Shown here one piece after another: positions 45,821 through 57,009 of a DNA stretch of 64,000 nucleotides. The notes beneath the pieces were generated by a model that searched no databases, had not been told where the DNA came from, and saw nothing but the letters and a program-made list of their open reading frames with translations. The stretch spans positions 1 to 64,000 of the forward strand of contig CALWEW010000002.1 of NCBI GenBank assembly GCA_944377415.1. The letters are read 5' to 3'. Position numbers and translations under genes: made by a program. Positions within the stretch are counted from its first letter, which is position 1. Each line of letters opens with the position of its first letter. This DNA is from an uncultured Clostridia bacterium (GTDB taxonomy: Bacteria; Bacillota; Clostridia; Christensenellales; UBA1242).

Positions 45821-47467
45821 TTATTTCTCCTTAAAATAGACTTTGATTTTGTTGACATAGAGCCATACGCGCAAGGCGCAAAACAGCGCCACAAACACGA
45901 GAACTTTGCCCCAAACTGTCGCCATATCTTCGGCGACAAAAAAGTAAACGAGAAAAGTTACCACTGCCGCCATCAAAAAGGCGTAAATCGTCGATTTTAT
46001 GTCATTTGGATTGTTTACATGCGTGCCTGTCATGCGGTACTGCGCGTTTTGCGGGTTCATAATATCGAGTTCGGCAGACCACAGTAAATGCGCAATATAG
46101 GCAAGTTCAATAATCAAAAATATCAATATGCTCTGCCAAACGGAATACCCCGAGAACGCTGCAAAAATTGCAACCGACGCAATAATCGAAAGCGTCAAGA
46201 AAATTCCATTTACGACGAGTTTTGCTGACAATGTTTTTAGGTACGGGCGCGGAACAGTCTTGTTTAGATACCCTGATGCCCCCTCTTCGCTGTAAATATG
46301 TGCAATACTCGTACTCGACGAAAGCGCGATTAAAAGTATCATAAGCACATTAAACGCAACCGCCATATTTGCGCCCGCAAGGCGCGTATCCATTGCCGAA
46401 AAAATTTGATTAAGTAAGTAAATTGCAATCGGCATACCAATCACAATACACAATAGTGAAAACAATTTTTCGGGCGTGCGGAAGTTGAGTTTAAATTCCT
46501 TTAAAATAGCCGAAGCGCCTGCGCGGTGCGCTTTGTTTTTGTAGGCGTGGTCGATGCGCTCTTTTTTGTATTCAAAAGGCGTACTTGCCATTTTAAAGAA
46601 CAGCGGGCGCACAATTAAGTACGCAAGTCCAATTACTGCGGCGATTAGCGCGATACTCCCAAGCAGCGAAAACCACTGCGTACTGGTAAACATAAGGTTT
46701 GCCGAACCGTATCTTTCGCCAACAGCAAGGGCTGCAAGCCATTCAAAAGGCACGAAAATTTCGCTAAATGACGCCAAAAAGTCTTGCACTTCCCAATATG
46801 TCGTACTCCACGAGCCGACAATATCAATATTTTCGGGTATTGCAGCGATTAAGAATATCAGCCCAACGACGACGCCCGCGACAAATAGTGTAATTAACCC
46901 GATTTCTAACCACTTGTATTGTTTTACAAAATTTGTGATATACATTAGTGGTATAGATAACAGCGCACCTACAACTACGGGTATAAGTGTTAAAATCGGG
47001 TAAGCAATAATAAGCCAGAAGTAATAGTAAAAAGGCAAACCATTCACAAGTCCATATGCAATGAAAAGTGGCAACAAATAAACCAGATTTCTTGCAAGTT
47101 CGTATATGTAGTAAACGACGAGTTTTGAGGTAAATACAGCAGTTCGCTTTACGGGAAAAGTAAGAAGCAAGGCATTGTCGCGAGTTAAGTATAAGTTTTT
47201 CATTAACCCCACCGTACACACAATTATTGAAAGCAAGAACATTACAGTGAACACAAGGTTAAAGAAGTTTTGCGGTATGCCTGGTAATAGTGATACAAGT
47301 CGCAAATAAGATAGAAGATAAAACGCGAAATAAATAAGTGCAGTAATTACAGCAAACTTTATTAGCGAAAGGACAACTTTAAAAATTGTTGCCTTTACGC
47401 TTTTCGTAAACGATGTATCAATCTTATCTTTCAACTGCATCATGACTAATGCTTTAAAGTTGTTCAA
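45821..47467 (-). CDS. ABC-2-like transporter permease (548 aa, about 12 TM), paralog of 55381-57006.
   Basis: Hydrophobic profile throughout. The N-terminal region aligns with the plus-strand permease. Confidence 0.75.
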   Translation of the reverse strand: MNNFKALVMMQLKDKIDTSFTKSVKATIFKVVLSLIKFAVITALIYFAFYLLSYLRLVSLLPGIPQNFFNLVFTVMFLLSIIVCTVGLMKNLYLTRDNALLLTFPVKRTAVFTSKLVVYYIYELARNLVYLLPLFIAYGLVNGLPFYYYFWLIIAYPILTLIPVVVGALLSIPLMYITNFVKQYKWLEIGLITLFVAGVVVGLIFLIAAIPENIDIVGSWSTTYWEVQDFLASFSEIFVPFEWLAALAVGERYGSANLMFTSTQWFSLLGSIALIAAVIGLAYLIVRPLFFKMASTPFEYKKERIDHAYKNKAHRAGASAILKEFKLNFRTPEKLFSLLCIVIGMPIAIYLLNQIFSAMDTRLAGANMAVAFNVLMILLIALSSSTSIAHIYSEEGASGYLNKTVPRPYLKTLSAKLVVNGIFLTLSIIASVAIFAAFSGYSVWQSILIFLIIELAYIAHLLWSAELDIMNPQNAQYRMTGTHVNNPNDIKSTIYAFLMAAVVTFLVYFFVAEDMATVWGKVLVFVALFCALRVWLYVNKIKVYFKEK

Positions 47468-47484
47468 TTTTACTTCCCCTAATC

Positions 47485-50097
47485 TTATTTCTTTTCTTTT
47501 TTGGTGTTCTTTTTAGTATTTTCCTCGTTAATCTCGCTAGGTGCGCTGTCGGTCGACGGGGCACTTTGAGTCTCATCTTCGATTACAAGTATAGGCTCCT
47601 GTTTTTCAACCTTCGCCTTTTTACTTCTGCGTTTTTTGGCGGTATCTACTGTTTTTTCATCACTTTCCGCCAAAATTAGAGCACTATCCTTATTTTTTCT
47701 GCTTCTTGATTTTTTTGCTTTTATTTCATCTTTGTGCTTTTTGGTACTTGAAATTTCATTTAGAATTAAGTCGATTTCTTTCTCTTTTTCTTCTGTAGAC
47801 TTTATCTCAACAGTTTTACTTCTCTTAAACCATGAGCGTTTTTTCTTTCCATTTTCTTTTTCTTTCTCAGCTTTTGTCTCTGCCTTATCATCTACATAAG
47901 CGGGTTCAACTGGAGTTTTTGAAACTTCAAGATAATACTCTTCAAGAGTTTTCGTTTTTTCAATGTCTGCAACATTTTTGTATGCTAAAATCTTACCGCG
48001 TTTTATAATCGCAATTTTAGTACAAAGCGACTCAACAATATCAATCAAGTGGCTACTGAAAAAGACAATGTTCCCTTCCCTAGCGTGCACGCGCATGCAC
48101 TCTTTGACTTGATAAATACTCACGGGGTCAAGTCCCGTAAGAGGTTCATCAAGTATCCAAACTTTCGGGTTATGCACAAGCGCTGAAATTATCGTGATTT
48201 TTTGTTTCATTCCATGACTATATGTCTTAATTTGATTGTCAAAAGCATCGCCGAGTTCAAAGAGCGTAACATACTTTTCAATGGCTTTGTTGCGGTCGTT
48301 AATCGATACATCATATAGGTCTGCAATATAGTTTATGTACTCGCGCCCAGTGAGTTTTTCATAAAGCGCATAGTGGTCTGGCACATAGCCTATGTGACGT
48401 TTTGCCTGCACAGACTGCTTGTCTATGTCATACCCGCAAATCTCAATACTTCCTGATGTAATCGGTTGAATTCCAACCATGCTTTTTATAATCGTACTTT
48501 TACCAGCACCGTTGTGCCCTAAAAAGCCGAAAATATCGCCAGCATTAATTTCAAGATTTGCATCTTTTACGGCGTAAACTTTACTGTTGCCATAACGCTT
48601 TGTAAAGTTTGTAATAATAATTTTATCCTGACCAGCCTCGTTCATAGGCTCCTCCTTATTTCTGCCTTGTAGGGCAACTTCAAGCGCGAGTGCATCTGCG
48701 CGAATTTTTTTCTTTCTTTCTAAAATGTCGTGGAATGTGTCGCTAAATGTATATGCCCCTTCATACACAAACCACATCGCAGCCCCGAGCATCACATACA
48801 CGATAAAGAACAATACCTGATAAATGGGATAGAATGTAAATGTTAGGTCGCCTATATTAAATGACCAAATAATATTTCGCAAGTTTTCTGCCCATGCACC
48901 AAGCTTTTCCACAATAAAGTCGCTGTTTAAGAAGAAATAATCGACTGTTCCGTAATTGCTGAACCACGCATTCAATATGAGAACTAGCACAAAGTAAATG
49001 CCGAACCCAACCATCGAATACTTAAATTCCCGCAATTTCGGGCGCTCGAAAACGCGAAGCGAAACCATGAGTAGTGGCATAAAGAATGCAATAAAGTGAT
49101 TTGTGTAAAATTCAAGAATACGCGTGCTAAATAAATTTACACTGTCATCGTAGTTCGGCATTATCATCGCAATTAGCGCACCGAAAACATTAATGAAGTA
49201 AGTGAAGTAGAATAACTTTTTCCATTTAAATATTAAGCACAACGGAATAATGTACATCGCCGTATTACACAAGTGAAACGGCCAATGTGTAACATCGAGG
49301 AAGTCTGCAAATTTATAATTAATGCTAAATGTCAGCAGCGTTCCCAAACTGATATAGAGCAAAATTCCCCGCACAGTTTCACTGTCTTTCTTGCGTAATA
49401 AAAAGTGCAAAACAAAGGGAATAATAATGGCAAGGTATAAAATAATTCTATGTGGCTGAGATAAGTCATTAACAGGTATAGAATAATTTACTTCGCCAAA
49501 CAACCCTATTAGCATGTAAGACGGCATGGTTGCGAGCAACATTCCAATTACATAAGCAAAGCCCCATGCATCACTTTTTGATACTTTAAACTTTCCGTTT
49601 TCCCAGAACACAACAAGGCAGTACGCAAGCAAAATGCCAAGTTCAATCCCCAGAAGCAAAGTGCGCACATTAAATCCATCATATGCACCGCTTCCAACTA
49701 TACCTAGTGTTATATAGTAGATAAAACCCACGCAAACAAGCGTAACTATTGTGCCGTAGTACTTTATAACTGTTGCATATTTTGAGTTTTGAAAGAACGG
49801 ATAAAGTATTACTAGTAAAATTACCGAATACAAAAGCCAGTTTAGAATTAGACTAAATGCCGTCAAAACTCCGTTATTAATCGGTGAATTCCCTAGTGCA
49901 ACAATACCATCAAGCGCATCTTGCCCCAGCATAAAGCGGAAGAAAAAGACAGCAGCAAGGACAAGGGATACAATTTTATATACCTTGTCTGGAATATTAA
50001 TTTTCTTAACCTTTAAAATTATATATGTAATTAGCAGCGCAAGAGCGACCGCTACCATCACAAGCGTTTGCACGAGTAACAATTTTTCTCTCCCCAA
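47485..50097 (-). CDS. Fusion protein (870 aa): a ~480-aa polytopic membrane domain (YwaF/TIGR02206-like?) + an ABC-transporter ATP-binding domain + a Lys/Glu-rich tail. An internal SD+ATG is retained at the domain junction.
   Basis: Walker A GHNGAGKST, signature YSHGMKQK, Walker B WILDEP. The ATPase domain is a clear paralog of 54508-55380. aataaggaggagcct ATG (ATG at 48645) immediately precedes the ATPase domain, with no intervening stop. Confidence 0.75.
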   Translation of the reverse strand: MGREKLLLVQTLVMVAVALALLITYIILKVKKINIPDKVYKIVSLVLAAVFFFRFMLGQDALDGIVALGNSPINNGVLTAFSLILNWLLYSVILLVILYPFFQNSKYATVIKYYGTIVTLVCVGFIYYITLGIVGSGAYDGFNVRTLLLGIELGILLAYCLVVFWENGKFKVSKSDAWGFAYVIGMLLATMPSYMLIGLFGEVNYSIPVNDLSQPHRIILYLAIIIPFVLHFLLRKKDSETVRGILLYISLGTLLTFSINYKFADFLDVTHWPFHLCNTAMYIIPLCLIFKWKKLFYFTYFINVFGALIAMIMPNYDDSVNLFSTRILEFYTNHFIAFFMPLLMVSLRVFERPKLREFKYSMVGFGIYFVLVLILNAWFSNYGTVDYFFLNSDFIVEKLGAWAENLRNIIWSFNIGDLTFTFYPIYQVLFFIVYVMLGAAMWFVYEGAYTFSDTFHDILERKKKIRADALALEVALQGRNKEEPMNEAGQDKIIITNFTKRYGNSKVYAVKDANLEINAGDIFGFLGHNGAGKSTIIKSMVGIQPITSGSIEICGYDIDKQSVQAKRHIGYVPDHYALYEKLTGREYINYIADLYDVSINDRNKAIEKYVTLFELGDAFDNQIKTYSHGMKQKITIISALVHNPKVWILDEPLTGLDPVSIYQVKECMRVHAREGNIVFFSSHLIDIVESLCTKIAIIKRGKILAYKNVADIEKTKTLEEYYLEVSKTPVEPAYVDDKAETKAEKEKENGKKKRSWFKRSKTVEIKSTEEKEKEIDLILNEISSTKKHKDEIKAKKSRSRKNKDSALILAESDEKTVDTAKKRRSKKAKVEKQEPILVIEDETQSAPSTDSAPSEINEENTKKNTKKEKK

Positions 50098-50366
50098 CTA
50101 CCTTCAAAAACAAATTTATTACACAAACTCGCATTATACTTCCGAGCTTTCACAAAACTTCATTTAAAATCAAACAAACAACTGCTTTATAATTTTATCT
50201 AAAAAACTATCAAAACGAAGTAACCTTTTTCAGTTAATCACTTTGATAAAACGCAAAGTATTTTGTTTTCTTAAATTTACTTTTGTTTTCTATAATAGAT
50301 AGTTTGTTTATATTTACAAATAAAATTCAATAAACTCCGAAAAAGCATACCTAAGTATGCCCAGAT

Positions 50367-50777
50367 TTAACATCTAATCTTTGACAATGTTATGTAAGAA
50401 TGAACTGGGGTGCGAATTTTACCTTTTGTTATGCCCTTTTGACTTACACCCTCGCTAATCTTTGTCGCAATTTTATTAAACAAAATTGTAAGAATGAGCA
50501 AAAATATTAGTACCATTACCGCTACTACCGCACTCAAAACCACAATAGTGAAAATATTTGTAAGTTGAGAAAAATCAAAAACAACTTTACCAGTAATCAA
50601 AATTTGAGTTGCACTAAATGAGGTATTGTAGTTTATAAAATCGATGATTTGCTTAAATTCGTTATAACAATGCTTGTTAAAAAGAATAAGAGAAACAAGA
50701 CCGAAAATGAGCAACTGCCCAAATATCAGTCCTTTTTGTTGCCAAATTTTCTCCTTTAACTCTTGTAAATTAAGCAT
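50367..50777 (-). CDS. Small membrane protein of unknown function (136 aa).
   Basis: SD ggtga. Two long hydrophobic helices. Confidence 0.5.
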   Translation of the reverse strand: MLNLQELKEKIWQQKGLIFGQLLIFGLVSLILFNKHCYNEFKQIIDFINYNTSFSATQILITGKVVFDFSQLTNIFTIVVLSAVVAVMVLIFLLILTILFNKIATKISEGVSQKGITKGKIRTPVHSYITLSKIRC

Positions 50778-51123
50778 TTTTCACCGATTTCTCTTATGTT
50801 TATAACAACTTATATCAAAAATTACAGCAGAAGTGTTTAAATTACTAATTTTTAGTAATTATATTGACTTTTTTAGTTTTTATAAAAATTTGCACCCTGC
50901 GTTTGAATTTAAACTTTAATGGAATTCTTCAATTTTTATGCGCTATATACTAATAATCTTGTTTTACGAGTAGTACAAATTAAACAAAATTTCAAAAATT
51001 ACTTTTTTAGTTTTGTAAAATAAATGAATTGTGATATAATTATTTTTGTACTCTCAAAGAAAAATATAGTTTGAGTGTAAATTGATTTTCTTAAATAAAA
51101 CAGCAACAACACGAGGTATAAAA

Positions 51124-51663
51124 ATGGAACTAAAAGTTACAAAAAAACAAAATAATACAACCGACTGTATAGTCTGTGGACTTCATAACGATGCTTCTCT
51201 TCACACTCGATTTTATGAATTAGAAGGCAATATCATTTGTGGCATTTTCCATAATGAAAACCGTCATCAATCTTTCCCAGGTCGTATGCACGGAGGCATG
51301 ACCAGTGCAATCCTTGACGAAACAATCGGCCGCGCCGTAATGATAAAGGACCCTGACCAATGGGGCGTTACGGGAGAACTCAAGGTGCGCTTTTTAAAGC
51401 CTACTCCCCTTGGCCAAGACTTATTATGTTTTGGCAAACTTATCAGCGAAAATTCAAGATTGTTTAAGGGTGTCGGTTATGTCGAAACACTAGACGGCGA
51501 AGTAGTCGCAACTGCCGAAGCAACTTATTTCAAACTAGACCTAGATAAAATAACACATGTTACTGACGAAAGCATTTGGTTTAAAGAAGACGGCAACTGC
51601 CCTACCACAATTAAAACAAATAATTTATCACTTCTAGACACTCTCGAAAAACGCTTTAAATAA
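51124..51663 (+). CDS. PaaI/hotdog-fold acyl-CoA thioesterase family protein with an N-terminal Cys pair.
   Basis: cgaggtataaaa ATG (MELKV…). …GRMHGGMTSAILDETIGRAV…GELKVRFLKPTP… The HGG/hotdog core matches the PaaI family. Confidence 0.7.
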   Translation: MELKVTKKQNNTTDCIVCGLHNDASLHTRFYELEGNIICGIFHNENRHQSFPGRMHGGMTSAILDETIGRAVMIKDPDQWGVTGELKVRFLKPTPLGQDLLCFGKLISENSRLFKGVGYVETLDGEVVATAEATYFKLDLDKITHVTDESIWFKEDGNCPTTIKTNNLSLLDTLEKRFK

Positions 51664-51797
51664 TTAATTAATTTAAGTGAGTAATTAATTTATTCCTTGA
51701 CACTGAAAGTGTTACAGTTCTACTAAGCAATTTGTATATAAAGAATAAACTAGACTTATGCAAACCATGCCAAAACTCAAGAATCTTGCGAGGTATT

Positions 51798-52511
51798 ATG
51801 TCAAACAAAAATAACGAAAAAAAGCCAAATCTTTTTGTAAATATTGAGGGAACTGAGCCCGCTAGTGAAGTAACAATTTCAAATGCACCAAAACTAAAAG
51901 ACGGCAAAGAGCAGCAAAACAATATCCCTAACAAAAAAGAAACAAGCACCAACGAACAAAAAATTATTACTTCCACTAACAATACGCTCAACAAAAAACA
52001 TAACGATTTAAACGAGCAAAAAGACGATGTAGAGAAAAAAGAAGGCACCGAGAATAAACAAGAAAACACAAAAAATAATGCTGAAATATTTGATGCGACT
52101 GTCGAAACTCCTGTAATATCCAACCCTGAATTTGAGCGCGAAATGGAGCAGATTCGCAAAAAAGCAATTTTAGAACGCGAACTACTTGAGAATACAAAAC
52201 GCAACCCCGACAACTCAAAAAAAGCGTTCACCACTTCAGTTGCAGCATGTTTAATTAGCGTCTTCTTTTTGCTTGCCCTTACTCTTGTGCTTTTCTTTTG
52301 GGCAAAATGGTATGTCGTAGGCATCGCCTTTGCCTTGATTACAATAATCATAATTCAAGTTTGGATTTCATATTTTAAGCGCTTAAATAAAAAACAAGAT
52401 TTTATGGAAGAAATCGCTAGTGAAAACAACATCGATGCTCCCGACAACAAAACTGATAGTTTAGACACGCAACAAAATCATGATTCAAACAAAACAGAGG
52501 ACAAAAAATAA
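51798..52511 (+). CDS. Low-complexity Lys/Glu/Asn-rich protein with two C-terminal TM helices (237 aa from the ATG at 51798).
   Basis: gcgaggtatt ATG TCA AAC. Disordered N-terminal 150 aa. TM hairpin LISVFFLLALTLVLFFW…VVGIAFALITIIIIQVWISYF. Confidence 0.55.
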   Translation: MSNKNNEKKPNLFVNIEGTEPASEVTISNAPKLKDGKEQQNNIPNKKETSTNEQKIITSTNNTLNKKHNDLNEQKDDVEKKEGTENKQENTKNNAEIFDATVETPVISNPEFEREMEQIRKKAILERELLENTKRNPDNSKKAFTTSVAACLISVFFLLALTLVLFFWAKWYVVGIAFALITIIIIQVWISYFKRLNKKQDFMEEIASENNIDAPDNKTDSLDTQQNHDSNKTEDKK

Positions 52512-52719
52512 AAACTGTGTGCATTACACAGTTTTTTATTTTACTAGTTTTAAAGCCTCCTAACCTTACTGTACAGTTTTTATTTTAATAGTTTCATAGT
52601 TTGCAAGGCTTGACCAATTTTTATTTTATCTAACCCGCTTAAAAATAAATTTGAATATTGAAAAAAGTTTAAAAATATGTTATAATCAATAAAGATAAAG
52701 AAGTATATGGGGAAAGAAA

Positions 52720-54264
52720 ATGAAACAAATTAAAAGAAAACGCATTAGCGAATATCTTAATTCTCAGTTTGAAGAAATTGTAAATAATTATGTTGACGAG
52801 GATTTAATTAAAGAGCGTGCAGGACTAAAACCTTTTCTTTATTATAATGGACCTCGCAACACAAGAACAAGATTTTTGCCTGAGTTTTACACATTAACTG
52901 CCATGGACATACCTTATAAAAAGACTTCACATTTAATTGACTTGCCTCAGTTTGTTAAATCACCATATTATAGTTGCGTAATATACATCAGCCCAGAATA
53001 TTTACCTAGCCTATCAGAAAGAATAGGATACTCAATTAATGTGGCAAGTAAACTTCGCAAAAAAGAAAACTACTACAATATTTTCAAACTCAATCATTAT
53101 GGAGAACCTAGAAATGTTCACGATATACCCTTTGTTTTGATTGATAAAAATGCTTATAGTAAAGAGGAATTAAGATATAAACTTGATATTCTTCAAAAAA
53201 ACCACCATGCTTCAGCAAGTTATATTCCCGTTATTAGAGAAGTTGACGGGAAGAAGCGCGAGTTTTTAGAACTTAATTTTAACCTATCTAATTTATATTT
53301 CAGTTTTGAAAATCTGGACTTTGATAAATTTAAAAAGTCGGTATATTATAGCATAATGAGATTGTTCCCTGACTTTGAGTATATAACTTTGGTTCAAGCG
53401 GACGGTCAAGACATTGCGCTTTCTAAGTCTATTTCAAAAACAGTATATTCTGCTAAAAATAAAAATTTAATTACCAAATATGAACACAGTCTGCTAGACT
53501 ATGTTAAATCAAAAGAAATAGAATGCGTCCCTCTCTCAACACAAGAGATTCAAGCAATCTGTTCTAAAAATGATAGTCCAAATAAAATAGCAAAACCAAC
53601 TACCGTTCGAAAAACTAACAATTATAGCACCCTAGAAAATTCCGAATATATTACCGTAGATGATGAGTATTATCGCACCATGTTATACTACTTGTACAAA
53701 GGGCCAAAAAGACTGGGATTATCAATAGAAGATTCAATAAGCAAACAATTTGATGCTAGTGTTGCGCGTGTGCCTATTAAAACTCCCGAAGGCAATTATT
53801 CTAAAATAAGCGTTGCTATAAACCGTAATCAAGAACATGAATTTGCTTCAAAATTGCCTATAATGTGTGATTTTTGGAGTCGCGCGGGCATTGACAAGAA
53901 TAATCAAAATATACTATACAAAAATTACTATGGCGAATTATGCGACCCTCATTGCACTCCTTTTGCCTTAGTAAACAGTAATTTTGACAGTCCAGAAGTT
54001 TCGGAACTTTTGGAAGAATTGTCCAAAAGATATAAATTTTCATATAACGCAACACCGACAAAACGAGTAGTTAATAATAATTTGGAGGAATTATCCGAAA
54101 TTAGCGTAGATTGGTTTGCAAATCAAGACACTGCTAAAAGATATTTATCAAATTTTGAGAACACTAAAACTATACTAAATAATTTGGACATAATTTCACG
54201 AGCCAAAAGCATACAATATGAATTAGATTACTACCCCGTTTATGCTAATGGTCAACTGAAATAG
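52720..54264 (+). CDS. Hypothetical protein (514 aa) with three internally repeated ~35-aa modules (YYNGPRNTRTRFLPEF…, HYGEPRNVHDIPFVLIDKN…, YYGELCDPHCTPFALVNSN…). No recognisable family.
   Basis: Monocistronic; AT-rich intergenic regions on both sides. No signal peptide or TM segments. Confidence 0.65.
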   Translation: MKQIKRKRISEYLNSQFEEIVNNYVDEDLIKERAGLKPFLYYNGPRNTRTRFLPEFYTLTAMDIPYKKTSHLIDLPQFVKSPYYSCVIYISPEYLPSLSERIGYSINVASKLRKKENYYNIFKLNHYGEPRNVHDIPFVLIDKNAYSKEELRYKLDILQKNHHASASYIPVIREVDGKKREFLELNFNLSNLYFSFENLDFDKFKKSVYYSIMRLFPDFEYITLVQADGQDIALSKSISKTVYSAKNKNLITKYEHSLLDYVKSKEIECVPLSTQEIQAICSKNDSPNKIAKPTTVRKTNNYSTLENSEYITVDDEYYRTMLYYLYKGPKRLGLSIEDSISKQFDASVARVPIKTPEGNYSKISVAINRNQEHEFASKLPIMCDFWSRAGIDKNNQNILYKNYYGELCDPHCTPFALVNSNFDSPEVSELLEELSKRYKFSYNATPTKRVVNNNLEELSEISVDWFANQDTAKRYLSNFENTKTILNNLDIISRAKSIQYELDYYPVYANGQLK

Positions 54265-54507
54265 CGTGAAATAAATAATATCACAAGTTATAATTCAGTT
54301 TATTTAAGTTATTAATTAAATTAGTATTAACATTAATATTACACAAACTCAATGTAATACTTGACGACAAGTCGTATTTTAGCGTATAATTTTTATACGC
54401 TTTTTTACGCACATATACAAAAAAGAAATATCATAATTAACTCTACAAAAGCTAAGCATGACCGAACATTTCACAAAATTTTCAAAAAAATCGGATAAGA
54501 TATTAAA

Positions 54508-55380
54508 ATGTTAAAAATTACAAATCTACATAAAACTTACGCAAATTCAAAAAAACCGACATTAAACGGGCTTAATCTTGAACTAAAAGATGGCGAAATT
54601 TTCGGCTTTTTAGGCTCGAATGGCGCAGGAAAAACTACGACAATAAAATGCATTTGCGGTATTCTCCCCTTTGATGAAGGTGAGATTTTAATTAACGGCA
54701 AAGACCTGAAGAAAGAACCTAAAAACGCTAAAATGGATTTAGCATACATTTCAGACAATCACGCCGTTTTTGAGCGCCTTACGGGCCGCGAATATGTAAA
54801 CCACATTGCAAACCTTTACTCCATTCCGCTTGACGAACGCGCAGAGCGTGCTGATAAAATGGTCGAACTTTTTAATTTGAAAGCCGCATATGACAGACCT
54901 ATAAAGAGTTATAGCCACGGTATGAAACAAAAAATTAGTGTCATCGCTGCACTTGTGCATGAGCCTAAACTCTGGGTACTCGATGAGCCCCTTCTTGGAC
55001 TTGACCCTCAAAGTGCTTATGTATTAAAACAAGCCATGAAAGAACATGCCGAAAAAGAAAATACGGTATTTTTTAGTTCGCACATTCTTGAAGTTGTAGA
55101 ATCATTATGCGACCGTATTGGTATTTTGAAAAGTGGGAAAATAGCACATGTCTTTGATTTAAAAGAAATAAAACAAAGTGGACTTACTCTCGAAGAAATT
55201 TATGTCAAATATGTGCAATCTGATAATGATTCGATTATCGAGGTTTTAAAGCACGCCGATGCCCCCGCCCCCGAGAGTAAAAAGAAAAAGAGTAAATTTA
55301 GAAAGGGTGGAAAACAGCATACTGTTAAAATTAGCAAAACTAAAAATTCGCCTAACAAAAATGCGAAAGGGGGCGAATAG
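54508..55380 (+). CDS. ABC transporter ATP-binding protein (290 aa) with a Lys-rich tail.
   Basis: Walker A GSNGAGKTT, signature YSHGMKQK, Walker B WVLDEP, H-loop FFSSH. Confidence 0.9.
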   Translation: MLKITNLHKTYANSKKPTLNGLNLELKDGEIFGFLGSNGAGKTTTIKCICGILPFDEGEILINGKDLKKEPKNAKMDLAYISDNHAVFERLTGREYVNHIANLYSIPLDERAERADKMVELFNLKAAYDRPIKSYSHGMKQKISVIAALVHEPKLWVLDEPLLGLDPQSAYVLKQAMKEHAEKENTVFFSSHILEVVESLCDRIGILKSGKIAHVFDLKEIKQSGLTLEEIYVKYVQSDNDSIIEVLKHADAPAPESKKKKSKFRKGGKQHTVKISKTKNSPNKNAKGGE

Positions 55381-57006
55381 ATGTCATCAACCACTTGGGA
55401 ACTTTTCCGTTTACAAATAGACGAACGAGTAGATTTATTTAAAAATACAAACCCGACAAAACTTATACTAAATATTTTAAAATATCTTATCATAATCGGT
55501 GTAGCAACAGGGCTTTTAATCTTTGTTTTCTTGCGTTTCCAAACGATAGGTCTTGTAATCAATTCTAATGTTTTCGCTTTTTTACTTCTCGTAACACAAG
55601 TATTATCCTTTGCAATTGCGCTTGCTTCGATATTTAAAGCACTATATTTTTCAAAAGACAATGACTTGCTGATGAGTATGCCATGTTCAAATAATCAAGT
55701 TTTTATATCAAAACTCATGGTACTTTACGCATATGAACTTATCGCAAATACAATCTACACCCTGCCTATATTAATTGCATACGGCATTACGGCTAATGTA
55801 GCAGTCAGTCCTGCTTTCTATGCTTGCATTCCTATATTCCTTCTCATTCTTCCCTTGCTTGCTCTTGTTTCAGCAGCGATTGTATCACTTCCCGTAATGG
55901 CGGTTGTAAAGCGTATTCGCAAAAATGCTGCACTTTCTGTAATTGCGATACTAATCATCGCCGCTGCATTTTTAACAGTATACATGCTATTTGCGACATC
56001 GGTTGCATCAAGCATCGACTTCAACGCACAACAGTCTTCGATATTAATTTCCGTCAACACGCTTCTAGCAGATATAGCGCGATACACATGGTACTTTGAT
56101 TTTATCGGCAAAGGCATGCTTTTTATGGGCTCGTGGTGGTGGAGTTGGCTCTTTTCTTTTGGTTTCACGGCAGTTTGTTTAACAATTGCTTATGCTGCAA
56201 TAAAACCTCTATACTTTCGTTTGTCTAGTCAAGGACTTGAAACGACAAGCAAGGACCGCGAACACAAAAAAGGCTATTCCCTATCCTCACCCTTTGCTTC
56301 AATTTTAAAGAAAGAGTTTTTAACAATGTTCCGCAGCCCGTCAAGTGTGTTTTCATACACAATATTTGCGATTTTAATGCCTTTTATTGTGGTACTATAT
56401 GACATTCTTCTGTTTAGCCTAAATGTAACGACTGCGGGGATTAATATGATTGTCGCATCACACCTGCTTGTAATCTTAATTCTTTGCACAATGTCAAACC
56501 TAATGAGCGCAACAGCAATTTCGCGTGATGGCGGCAATTTCTATCTAACAAAAATCAGCCCTGTATCAATTAAGTCGCAGGCATGGGCAAAAATAATTTT
56601 CAATCTCATTATTACATACACGGGTTTAATATTAACCTATATTGCGACATCTATTTTTATTGATATTAACCCGCTAGTCAATTTTTTATGTATTCTATTT
56701 GCCCTAATTTTTACATTCGGGCATGTAATAATTTCGGTAATGCTTGACTTACGCAAGCCCGTACTTGACTGGTATGATGCTAGCGAAATTGAAAAGATTT
56801 CAAAAAGTCCAAAGCAGTCTATTTGGCTAGGGTTAATTTTGACAGTTATATTATTCGCGGTACTGTTTACTTGTGCATTCTTCCCGTCATTAAATTCAAT
56901 AATTCCATGGACTGTCGCGGGGGCGGCGGTTGTGATATTTTCAATTACAGCACTTGTACTGTTCGAAAAAAAGGTCGACAAATTATACGAGAGAATGGAG
57001 TGTTAG
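55381..57006 (+). CDS. ABC-2-like transporter permease (541 aa, about 12 TM).
   Basis: Its ATG overlaps the ATPase stop (gaatagATG) with an SD aaaggggg. Paralog of 45821-47467. Confidence 0.8.
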   Translation: MSSTTWELFRLQIDERVDLFKNTNPTKLILNILKYLIIIGVATGLLIFVFLRFQTIGLVINSNVFAFLLLVTQVLSFAIALASIFKALYFSKDNDLLMSMPCSNNQVFISKLMVLYAYELIANTIYTLPILIAYGITANVAVSPAFYACIPIFLLILPLLALVSAAIVSLPVMAVVKRIRKNAALSVIAILIIAAAFLTVYMLFATSVASSIDFNAQQSSILISVNTLLADIARYTWYFDFIGKGMLFMGSWWWSWLFSFGFTAVCLTIAYAAIKPLYFRLSSQGLETTSKDREHKKGYSLSSPFASILKKEFLTMFRSPSSVFSYTIFAILMPFIVVLYDILLFSLNVTTAGINMIVASHLLVILILCTMSNLMSATAISRDGGNFYLTKISPVSIKSQAWAKIIFNLIITYTGLILTYIATSIFIDINPLVNFLCILFALIFTFGHVIISVMLDLRKPVLDWYDASEIEKISKSPKQSIWLGLILTVILFAVLFTCAFFPSLNSIIPWTVAGAAVVIFSITALVLFEKKVDKLYERMEC

Positions 57007-57009
57007 CCT

